The notes under the pieces are model-generated. The model saw only the letters and a program-made list of their open reading frames with translations, did no database searches and was not told the origin of the DNA. Below are positions 40,790 to 49,212 of a stretch of DNA of 64,000 bases, piece after piece. The DNA lies in contig JBAZXA010000003.1 in assembly GCA_041660045.1 (NCBI GenBank), positions 226,320 to 290,319 on the forward strand, in the 5' to 3' direction. Numbering within the stretch: position 1 is the first letter of the stretch; the number at the start of each line of letters is the position of its first letter. The DNA is from Methylococcaceae bacterium (lineage in GTDB: Bacteria > Pseudomonadota > Gammaproteobacteria > Methylococcales > Methylomonadaceae). The translations under genes and the position numbers were made by a program.

Positions 40790-41469
40790 TTTTTTTGCCG
40801 CGTTTAAGCCTTATTGAATGGCTACCCTGTTGGCGTTTGGTGCCTAGTTTATTTCCGCCAGTTGGCTTGTATGACCGTGTTGCCAAACCAGAAGACTTAG
40901 ACATCATATTTCAAATTGAAGCATTAACCAATAACCGCTTACGGGATGAGGCTGGCGATATAACCCTGGTGCCGGTACATGAAAGGGTTACGGGGTTAGG
41001 CACGACACCTATTATGGCCGCTTTCACGCATCTTAACCCGATAGGCAGCCGTTTTACCGATGGTAGTTATGGGGTTTATTACGCAGCGCGGGACATTAAG
41101 ACGGCAATAGCCGAAACTAAATTTCATCGGGCAAGGTTTTTGGCTGCCACTAAACAGCCCCCTATCCAGATTGATATGCGCAGCTATGCCTCAGACCTTA
41201 AGGCTGAGCTACATGATATTAGGCAGTTGCAGCCAGACTGGCCAGAACTTTACCACAATGACCAATATGGCCAGGCTCAAGCATTGGCAAAAGAACTGCG
41301 CAATCTAGGTTCAAATGGGATTGTTTACGACAGTGTCAGAGACCCGGTAGGTGAATGTGTCGCCATTTTTAAGCCTAAAGCGTTAGCGCCAGTAAAACAG
41401 GGCGGGCATTATTGCTATGTTTGGGATGGTAAAACGATGCTTGATGTTTATCAAAAAACCGCACTTTAA
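40786..41469 (+). CDS. RES-domain toxin (NAD+-degrading MbcT/ParT family)
   Basis: Arg, Glu and Ser residues in conserved context (GSRFTDGSYGVYYAA ... AIAETKFH ... GIVYDSVRD). Paired with the upstream antitoxin. Confidence 0.75.
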   Translation: MIFLPRLSLIEWLPCWRLVPSLFPPVGLYDRVAKPEDLDIIFQIEALTNNRLRDEAGDITLVPVHERVTGLGTTPIMAAFTHLNPIGSRFTDGSYGVYYAARDIKTAIAETKFHRARFLAATKQPPIQIDMRSYASDLKAELHDIRQLQPDWPELYHNDQYGQAQALAKELRNLGSNGIVYDSVRDPVGECVAIFKPKALAPVKQGGHYCYVWDGKTMLDVYQKTAL

Positions 41470-41612
41470 GGCCTGTTGTTAATTTTCTTGTGTCGGTTAG
41501 CCCCAGTTTAAAGGTTGTTTACTGGCTTAAATATTAGCCCATGCCTCATGGCCTAACATTTAGCCGTATGCGACAATACGCTATTAACCTTTAAGCCATC
41601 CGCGGAGTTTTT

Positions 41613-42416
41613 TTGAAAATATTAAAACAATTTTTTAGCCGGGTTTGGCATAGAAAAAAACATGCGCTATCGGCACGTTTTTCAAAATCCTCAATGGAAT
41701 ACAGCCTGGATTTCCTTGCCTTAATTTCCTGGTTTTACCTGCTGATCTCATCCAAAACCCCTAGCCTTGCAATTATTGTTTGTGCTTTGGTTATGCTAGC
41801 TGCCCGTGCCTTCCCGGTAATTAAAGCGTTTTGGAAAGGCGATAAAAATAAACTTAATTTTTTAAAAAAGCGGCGAATAGAATCAAACACCTGTTTAATG
41901 GAAATTAATCGGTGTTTGGTGGATATTGACTATGCCACGCCAGAAAAAATTAAAGAAATACGACAAAAACTACTGCGTTGTATTGTAGATACGATCAGGG
42001 CTTACCGTAACGATTTACAAGGCAGTAAAATTTTTTCCAATCTTTTAATTCTGGATCATGACGATTTAGTGGTAGCGATAAGAAATGCGCCTGATAGGGC
42101 AGATGGCACCCGCTACCCTAAAGGTAACTTGCAATGCAGCAAAGTGTTGGAAACAAAAAAACCTTTACATTGCGGCGATGTAAAATATATAGATAATAGT
42201 CGGGAAATGCGCTATAAGAGCTTTATGGCAATCCCGGTTTTAAACTATAATAAAGACCACTGCTTAGCGATAGTAACGATAGACAGTACCGAATTGCATC
42301 ACTTTGATGAAATCTACGAAACCTTTGATACCTTGCTAAGCCCCTATATTACTACGCTGACAACGACGTTTATCATCGCGGATAAAGTGGGCTTATCTGG
42401 AGGCAAAAATGAGTAA
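41613..42416 (+). CDS. hypothetical membrane-anchored protein with GAF-like C-terminal domain
   Basis: TTG start 6 nt after GGAG. Two predicted TM helices (FLALISWFYLLISS, LAIIVCALVMLAARAFPVI). The C-terminal pattern SFMAIPVLNYNKDHCLAIVTIDSTELHHFDE is GAF-like. I recognised no named family. Confidence 0.45.
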   Translation: MKILKQFFSRVWHRKKHALSARFSKSSMEYSLDFLALISWFYLLISSKTPSLAIIVCALVMLAARAFPVIKAFWKGDKNKLNFLKKRRIESNTCLMEINRCLVDIDYATPEKIKEIRQKLLRCIVDTIRAYRNDLQGSKIFSNLLILDHDDLVVAIRNAPDRADGTRYPKGNLQCSKVLETKKPLHCGDVKYIDNSREMRYKSFMAIPVLNYNKDHCLAIVTIDSTELHHFDEIYETFDTLLSPYITTLTTTFIIADKVGLSGGKNE

Positions 42417-42603
42417 CGAGCAACTTGAGACCTGTATCCAACAGCGCGATAAGTCTAGCCTTTATCGTTATCACATGGATAAAGAAATTAATGATGACCA
42501 GCTTTTAGAAGCGATCATCAAAATTGATAACTCTATAAAAACTAAGAAAACGGATTGGCTGGCCTTTATACATAATATTCTGTTCCCATCCGTTGCCCAC
42601 TAG
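42409..42603 (+). CDS. small hypothetical protein, translationally coupled to the TM-GAF gene
   Basis: The ATG overlaps the upstream gene's end by 8 nt. 64 aa with no recognisable motif. Confidence 0.35.
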   Translation: MSNEQLETCIQQRDKSSLYRYHMDKEINDDQLLEAIIKIDNSIKTKKTDWLAFIHNILFPSVAH

Positions 42604-42769
42604 GGACAGCCGTGTTTTGCTAGCATAAAGCCAAGCTTAATTTAAACCCGCCAACACCTACATGGGCGAACCAATCACATAGGCGGTGGCGAGGCTAAAC
42701 TATTTAAAGCTGTGTTTTGCCAGCAATAAGTTTCCTGAATACATGCCAGGATTTTAAAATCTTAGCCGT

Positions 42770-43846
42770 TTATCCCGCTAAACTGGGATAATCAATATAA
42801 CCTTTCTCATCACCACCATAAAAGCTGTTGACATCAGGGCTATTGATGCCTGCATGTTGTCGGAAACGTTCGACCAAATCAGGGTTAGCAATATACCATT
42901 GGCCAAATGCGACTGCATCAGCCATGCCGTTGCTAAGGACTGTCTCCGCGCGGTCTTGATCATAACCGCCACAAATGATCAGATTACCTTGGTAGGCCTT
43001 GCGTAAAACCTTAAGGTCTATCACTTTTGCACCGTGGCGAATATCACCTTCTAAAGCGTCGACTAGATGTAAATAGGCTAACTTAAAGCCTGACAGTTCT
43101 GCTAGCACATAGCCAAATATGGCTTCAGGGTTAGAATCGGCCATATCGTTAAAAGTACCGCTAGGCGACAAACGGATGCCCACGCGTTCAGCGCCACAAA
43201 CTTCAATCACCGCCCTGGTTACTTCCAATAATAAGCGCGACCTGTTTTCTAAGCTGCCACCGTATTGATCGGTACGTTGATTGCTGCCATCACGCAAAAA
43301 TTGGTCTAATAAATAACCATTGGCTGCGTGAATTTCAACACCGTCAAAACCTGCCGCCAAGGCATTTTTAGCCGCTAAGCGATAGGCTGCAATAATACCT
43401 GGGAGTTCATCGCTGGCTAAGGCGCGCGGAGTTACAAAGGGCTTCATGCCAGTTGGGGTGATGGCATCGCCCTTAGGGGTAATGGCGGAAGGGGCAACGG
43501 GTAAAGCGCCATCGTGAAAATCAGGATGGGAAATGCGGCCTACATGCCAAAGCTGTAAAACTATACGGCCGTTTTTTTCGTGGACAGCATGGGTAATTTT
43601 ACGCCAGGCCTGAATTTGCGCCTCATTCCAAATACCTGGTGTAGACGGGTAGCCAACACCTTGGGGTGATATTGGTGTGGCCTCAGAAATAATTAAACCG
43701 GCAGAGGCACGCTGGCCGTAGTAAATGGCCATCATTTCTGTGGGGATGCTATTTGGTGCCCGCATACGGGTCAGCGGTGCCATAATAATCCGGTTAGGTA
43801 GCTGTAATGCGCCAAACGTGACAGAGGTGTGTAAGAGTCCGCTCAT
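42770..43846 (-). CDS. Old Yellow Enzyme family NADH:flavin oxidoreductase (alkene/N-ethylmaleimide reductase-like)
   Basis: LPNRIIMAPLTR, WHVGR and HAANGYLLDQFL motifs. ATG start chosen over the upstream TTG of the track ORF. Confidence 0.85.
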   Translation of the reverse strand: MSGLLHTSVTFGALQLPNRIIMAPLTRMRAPNSIPTEMMAIYYGQRASAGLIISEATPISPQGVGYPSTPGIWNEAQIQAWRKITHAVHEKNGRIVLQLWHVGRISHPDFHDGALPVAPSAITPKGDAITPTGMKPFVTPRALASDELPGIIAAYRLAAKNALAAGFDGVEIHAANGYLLDQFLRDGSNQRTDQYGGSLENRSRLLLEVTRAVIEVCGAERVGIRLSPSGTFNDMADSNPEAIFGYVLAELSGFKLAYLHLVDALEGDIRHGAKVIDLKVLRKAYQGNLIICGGYDQDRAETVLSNGMADAVAFGQWYIANPDLVERFRQHAGINSPDVNSFYGGDEKGYIDYPSLAG

Positions 43847-43921
43847 GGTAATTAACCTGTTATAAAAATACAAAAAAACTATTCTGTAATAGCGCTACGC
43901 AAGCAATTTCTGGTAGCACGT

Positions 43922-44671
43922 TTAAACGGCAACCATGCCGCCATCGACATATAAATCAACGCCGGCAACATAGCTGCTATCGGATGAAGCCAAAAATAAC
44001 ACAGCTTGGGCAATTTCTTCTGGACGGCCAAAACGACCTAAAGGGACTTGTCCGGCAATGGTTGAACCCATGGCTTGCATTTGTTCCTCAGACATACCCA
44101 TTTTATTAAAGATAGGTGTTTCAATTGGGCCTGGACTAACCACGTTAACGCGGATATTGCGGTCTTTTAATTCGGCGGTCCATGTCCGTGCAAAGGAACG
44201 CACAGCAGCCTTGGTTGCGGCATAAACACTAAAGCCGCCCATACCTTTGGTATTAACGACAGATGAATTAAGAATAATAGAACCGCCATCTTGCATTAGC
44301 GGTAAGGCTTTTTGGACGGTGAACAACAAACCTTTAACATTAATATTAAATTGTTTGTCAAAATGTTCTTCTGTTACCGCCTCTAGTGGGGTTGGTTCGG
44401 CTATGCCGGCATTAGCAAAAACAATATCAAGATGGCCAAATTTAGTTTTAACTACGCTGTATAACTTGTCCAAATCAGCCAGGTTTGCAACATCGCCTTG
44501 AACAGCAACAATATTGCCGCCAATGTCCGCGATAGCAGCATCCAGCTCAGCTTGCCTGCGGCCTGTAATAACCACTGTAGCGCCTTCGCTAGCAAATAAT
44601 TTAGCGGTAGCCAAGCCGATACCACTGTTGCCGCCGGTGACGACTGCGATTTTTCCAGAAAGCTTACTCAT
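43922..44671 (-). CDS. SDR-family oxidoreductase
   Basis: TGGNSGIG, NAG and YAATK motifs. 249 aa. Confidence 0.85.
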   Translation of the reverse strand: MSKLSGKIAVVTGGNSGIGLATAKLFASEGATVVITGRRQAELDAAIADIGGNIVAVQGDVANLADLDKLYSVVKTKFGHLDIVFANAGIAEPTPLEAVTEEHFDKQFNINVKGLLFTVQKALPLMQDGGSIILNSSVVNTKGMGGFSVYAATKAAVRSFARTWTAELKDRNIRVNVVSPGPIETPIFNKMGMSEEQMQAMGSTIAGQVPLGRFGRPEEIAQAVLFLASSDSSYVAGVDLYVDGGMVAV

Positions 44672-44874
44672 AGGGTTTCCTCATAGGTTGTGATGTGGTG
44701 ATTGTCGATTGGGCATATTTAGGTTACAGCGGTTTAACTGACAAAACCGAAGGTAGAGCCTTCAGTCTGCTTATAGTCAACAGTTGCAAAAGGTGGAACC
44801 ACGGAACTATAGTTTATTTGTTCAGGATTATGGAACTAATAAACTATATTGTCAAGCTATGCTATGCTTGAACA

Positions 44875-45225
44875 ATGAGAACCCCCTATCATCCAGCACT
44901 AGAAGAAATTACCGTAGAAGGCATTTTGCATGCGCTTTCTGATCCCGTACGCATCGAAATATACGCCAACTTGGCCTCCGCAGAATGCGCAAAAAACTGC
45001 TCCACGTTTTTAACTATCCAAAAACGGCTATTACCCAAATCCACCTTATCCCAACACTTTCGTATCTTGCGCGAGGCAGGTTTAATCCGTAGTGAGCGTA
45101 AAGGCGTAGAGCTGATCAATTCTACCCGTTGTACTGAATTGAATGACCGCTTTGGCATGATGATTAAAGCTATTATCGAGGCTTATGTTAAACAACAAAG
45201 TAATATTGGCACTGCGTCGCCTTAA
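44875..45225 (+). CDS. ArsR/SmtB-family winged-helix transcriptional regulator
   Basis: ILHALSDPVRIEIYANL ... STLSQHFRILREAGLIRSERKG. Divergent from the SDR/OYE genes. Confidence 0.7.
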   Translation: MRTPYHPALEEITVEGILHALSDPVRIEIYANLASAECAKNCSTFLTIQKRLLPKSTLSQHFRILREAGLIRSERKGVELINSTRCTELNDRFGMMIKAIIEAYVKQQSNIGTASP

Positions 45226-45437
45226 AAAGTTCGGTGCGGATTTTGAAAGTAACGGCAGGCATAAAAATGTGTTGAGTTACTGGAAAAAATGCCCAGAATA
45301 CACGCAAGGATTAGAATGAATAGTTTAGGGTCTGCTATTAACCAAAGCCAAGTGATGTTGTCCTGATCCGGCTTTACGCTCGTTAGATGATTCTTTTTAG
45401 GTTGATAAGACTTGAGCGTATCAATACAGAAGTATCA

Positions 45438-45643
45438 ATCAAAATCGTGAGGCAGGCTTATTGCTGTTTTAGGATCAAAATTGTCACTCAAGTCTGATTA
45501 TCCTGCCAGTTGACCAAATCCTGTTTTACGAATTTGCACGAGTTCTTTTAGCGCTAGATTAAGCAATTCCCATTTGGCATGAATACCAGTCAAACTGCCG
45601 CTTCATTCACTAACTTATCCCCTAAAACAATATAGGTACGCAT
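45438..45643 (-). pseudogene. VapB-type (Rv0623/PSK-like) antitoxin remnant
   Basis: Minus-strand hand translation gives MRTYIVLGDKLVNEA, then a frameshift, then SLTGIHAKWELLNLALKELVQIRK..GQLAG, then an in-frame stop. This matches the MRT.I.LDD.L..EA..LTG..TK.E...ALRELV pattern. Confidence 0.4.
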
Positions 45644-45682
45644 GTTGAATACCTGTGGTGTATGTTAAGCAATTGAGATTTC

Positions 45683-46765
45683 TTGGAGATACTTTTGAAA
45701 CTATCTTTTTATGATTTAAATTTTTCTGATTTAGAAACGCTTTTACGTCAGAACGATTTAAACGATTCTGCCGCGTCAGTGCTGTTTAATTGGCATTATA
45801 AGAAGAAAGAACAGGTGCAGTGCACAACTGATATTGCTAAAAATTCATTGGCGTTTATTGAAGATAATTTCGATTTTTCCCTACCCGAATTTGATACCAT
45901 TCAGGAGTCTCGCAAAGATCGTAGCGTAAAATTTCTGTTTACGCTTAAAGATCAACATAAAATTGAAACGGTGCTGATTCCGTTTCATAAAAAATATTCT
46001 ATATGCCTTTCATCGCAAGTAGGCTGCGCAATGAATTGCTCTTTTTGTTTCACTGGAAAACAAGGGTTTAATAGAAACTTGACGACCAGTGAAATTGTTG
46101 GCCAATTTCTACAGGCTTGGCGCTGGTTAGCGCAAAATAGGCCTGGAGAAGAGCGTATTTTAAATATAGTCTTTATGGGGCAGGGCGAACCTTTACATAA
46201 TTTTGATGCTGTCAAAAAAGCCTGTGAAATCTTTTTATCGCAACACGGCACGTCAATAGGTTTGCAAAAAATTACTATTTCAACAGCCGGTTATATTCCT
46301 GGTCTTAAGCGATGGAGCAAGGAAATTCCTAGCGTAAACCTTGCCTTGTCGTTGCATTCACCTTTTGAAGAAAAGCGCAATGAACTGATTCCCATTAATA
46401 TGAAGTATCCGCTAGATGAGGTGCTGAAATATGTTGACCAGATACCTTTGCATAAAAAACAATTTATTACCTATGAATATATTTTGATAAGGCATTTTAA
46501 TGATTCACCAGAGGATGCCCAAAAACTGGGTGAGATACTGGCTGGTAAACGGGCTTACATTAACTTAATTCCTTTTAACACCTTTCCTGAATCACATTAC
46601 CAATGTCCGGACTTGGATACAATTGAACGGTTTAAAGCAGTTTTAGATACGTTTAAGATACCAACCTTGATAAGAGGCACTAAAGGTGATGATGTATTAG
46701 CCGCCTGTGGACAACTCAATTCTAAACATGGGCCCGCTTCCAGCGCCCGTGCAAAACTCCGCTAA
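45683..46765 (+). CDS. RlmN/Cfr-family radical SAM rRNA/tRNA adenine methyltransferase
   Basis: CAMNCSFCFTG (Cx3Cx2C), MGQGEPL and the C-terminal AACGQL. TTG start. It is not in the usual rlmN neighbourhood. Confidence 0.75.
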   Translation: MEILLKLSFYDLNFSDLETLLRQNDLNDSAASVLFNWHYKKKEQVQCTTDIAKNSLAFIEDNFDFSLPEFDTIQESRKDRSVKFLFTLKDQHKIETVLIPFHKKYSICLSSQVGCAMNCSFCFTGKQGFNRNLTTSEIVGQFLQAWRWLAQNRPGEERILNIVFMGQGEPLHNFDAVKKACEIFLSQHGTSIGLQKITISTAGYIPGLKRWSKEIPSVNLALSLHSPFEEKRNELIPINMKYPLDEVLKYVDQIPLHKKQFITYEYILIRHFNDSPEDAQKLGEILAGKRAYINLIPFNTFPESHYQCPDLDTIERFKAVLDTFKIPTLIRGTKGDDVLAACGQLNSKHGPASSARAKLR

Positions 46766-47067
46766 GTGATAATCCAAAGAGTACCGTGTTGCCTGAGCTA
46801 CTGCACTCCTTGCACGGCGTATTTAGGCGTTGGGTTTTGTTTAATTGAATGCGGTAAAGGCTGTTAGAAAATGTATCGGCAGCATGCTAGCCCTGGCGAT
46901 ACTGGCATCCACACTCATAACGCGCGCTACACTGTGTGGGCTGTAATGTTTACTATAAGCTCAGCCCTGATTAGTCGTGGGTAGCGTTAAGTTGCGCCTG
47001 CGCTCTTGTTGTTGAAAGCGCAAAAGTAGCTTTCAAGCCAGCAATAGCGGTGACAAAACGATGATTT

Positions 47068-48483
47068 TTACCCTGAGGCTGTGCCTTCCAATACCAACTC
47101 TTTCCAGGCCGCTTTTTGTGGCATCAGCGGCGGTACCGCCATGAATTCGGGTTCTGGTGTTGGCTTTGCGACGAGCTGCTCGAAATCACGGGTAACCACG
47201 CCGCCCTTACGGAAGAAGGCATTGTAAATTGCCCAATTGGCAGGGTTGCGGGAACCATCCCAGGGAAAGCGGCGAAGCATCGAAGGTATTGTATAAAAGC
47301 CGTCATAGGTATCCAGATAGCCGCGATAAAGTTGATCAGCCGAGAGCCCTCCCGGTTTGAAGACTATGTGGGATTGGTCGTATTTATCCCAATCAAATGA
47401 GACGATCTGTTTACGGCGCATCATCTCAAACCAGGTAATTGTGCCAGGATAAGGTGTCAGCAGTGAATAGCCGCACATATCAAATTTAGCCTCGATGTTA
47501 AATTTCAAGGTTTCTTCAAACACCGATGGCTCATCGCCCTCAAAGCCGAACATGAACAGGCCGAGTACCATGATGCCATATTTATGGAGTTTCTCGACCA
47601 ATTTGTGGTAAGACTCCGGATCGTTCTGGCATTTGTGCACATTACGCAGGGTTTGCTTGGAGATGGATTCAAAGCCGATGGACAACATAAAACAACCGCT
47701 TTCCGCCGCCAATTCCAACAGCTGGTCATCATTTGCATCACGGCTGTTTACCGCCGCCTGCCATTGCAGGCCTCGACCTTTGAAGGCTTTCATGACTTCC
47801 ATAGCGCGTTTCGGTGTGCCGAAAAAGTCAGCATCGTTAAGCAAGATCACACGCTCTTTGATGAGTTCGATCTCGGCGATAATGTCCTCGACAGGCCGGT
47901 AGCGAAAGCGCAAGCCATACATCGTCGGTTCAGCGCAAAACATACAGCCGTGATGGCAACCCCGGGAAGTTTGGACAAAACCTTTGTTAATATAACGCTT
48001 GCTCTTTAGCAAGCCTTGCCTTGGGTTAGGCATACCGATCATCGAATGTAGCGTTTCAGACTTATAAATACCGTTTAATTGGCCGTGGCGGAGGTCTTCC
48101 AGAATTTTGCCCATGAGGAGTTCAGCTTCGCCGACCACGACTGCGTCGGCATGCTTAAGCGCTTCATGTGGCATATAGCTGACATGCACACCGCCCATGA
48201 TGACTGGGATGCCGCGTGCGCGAAACGCATCGGCGATCTCATAGCCCCGATTGACATACGAAGTCATGGCCGAGATGCCCACCATATCGACCTGCAAGTC
48301 GAAATCGATAGGTTCTATGTTCTCGTCGGTCAGGATAATTTCATATTCGTGTTCAGGGATTAGCGCTGCTACGGCTAGCAGTCCAGCTACTGGCGAGTAA
48401 AGCGCCTTGCCGAAAAATAAAGGCCGGGTGGCAAACGTGTCTGCCCTTGGGTTAATCAGGTGGATACGACGGGTTCTAGCCAT
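47068..48483 (-). CDS. B12-binding-domain radical SAM protein (class B)
   Basis: N-terminal Rossmann-like B12 domain (MVGISAMTSYVNRGYEIADAFRARGIPVIMGGVH) and radical SAM cluster motif CHHGCMFC. 471 aa, monocistronic. Confidence 0.8.
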   Translation of the reverse strand: MARTRRIHLINPRADTFATRPLFFGKALYSPVAGLLAVAALIPEHEYEIILTDENIEPIDFDLQVDMVGISAMTSYVNRGYEIADAFRARGIPVIMGGVHVSYMPHEALKHADAVVVGEAELLMGKILEDLRHGQLNGIYKSETLHSMIGMPNPRQGLLKSKRYINKGFVQTSRGCHHGCMFCAEPTMYGLRFRYRPVEDIIAEIELIKERVILLNDADFFGTPKRAMEVMKAFKGRGLQWQAAVNSRDANDDQLLELAAESGCFMLSIGFESISKQTLRNVHKCQNDPESYHKLVEKLHKYGIMVLGLFMFGFEGDEPSVFEETLKFNIEAKFDMCGYSLLTPYPGTITWFEMMRRKQIVSFDWDKYDQSHIVFKPGGLSADQLYRGYLDTYDGFYTIPSMLRRFPWDGSRNPANWAIYNAFFRKGGVVTRDFEQLVAKPTPEPEFMAVPPLMPQKAAWKELVLEGTASG

Positions 48484-48772
48484 GGACAGACCTCGTTATT
48501 TAGGAATACGGGATGACAACACTGGGGTTGACACGGACTATCTGTGCAATGTTATGGCAAATTTTTATCTAACGACAGCTAATACGATATAAACCCTTTC
48601 GATTAGCTTGGGCTTAATTTTAAATCCGCTAGAAATAATCCGCTAATGTAATAAAAAAATCCCTGCGGCAGGTATGATTCTTCTCACCTTAGCCAAGCTT
48701 ACCCTATTTGGCATTATCCTAAAACCGCTATTCTTAAACACGGGTAGTGAGCTTACCTGTATTTATGGTTCC

Positions 48773-48802
48773 GCAGGCTTCCCCGAGCTCGGGAAAGCCT
48801 GC
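48773..48802. promoter_or_regulatory. 30-bp near-perfect palindrome, candidate upstream activator site for the hup operon
   Basis: GCAGGCTTCCCCGAGCTCGGGAAAGCCTGC has one mismatched pair. It lies about 165 bp upstream of the -24/-12-like element. Confidence 0.35.
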
Positions 48803-48964
48803 TTTGCGACAACATTAATTCATGTCCAATGACTATGTAAGCTTTGTTTCAATTGTCGACATTTTGTGCGCTTTGTTAAAAAGCCTACAGTTGTGTGAAA
48901 ACTCAAATTTCTTTTTTTGGCTATATCTCCTATAATTCACAAGGTTTTTAAGCCGGCCTAAATC

Positions 48965-48980
48965 CGGTACAAAAATTGCT
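48965..48980 (+). promoter_or_regulatory. candidate sigma-54 (-24/-12) promoter upstream of hupS
   Basis: cGGtAC-aaaaa-TTGCt compared with the consensus TGGCAC-N5-TTGCW. GG and GC have the correct spacing. It lies 233 nt upstream of the hupS ATG. Confidence 0.35.
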
Positions 48981-49212
48981 TCTGGCTTTCTCGATCAACT
49001 TAGGGCTATTACTGTTCTGCGTTGGTAAGACCTAAATAATAACAAAGAACGTTTCCCAACCACGACGCGGTTAATGGTAAAACGCTAGCATCACTGATTA
49101 ATCTAGTTTAGCGTGGTGTGTTGGAAACCTAGCAGTTAAAACAAATATAGCAGGCCACTTAGTATGGCCTAAATGAGTTTTTAGCGGCAGACCAAACACT
49201 AGGAGTTGTTAA

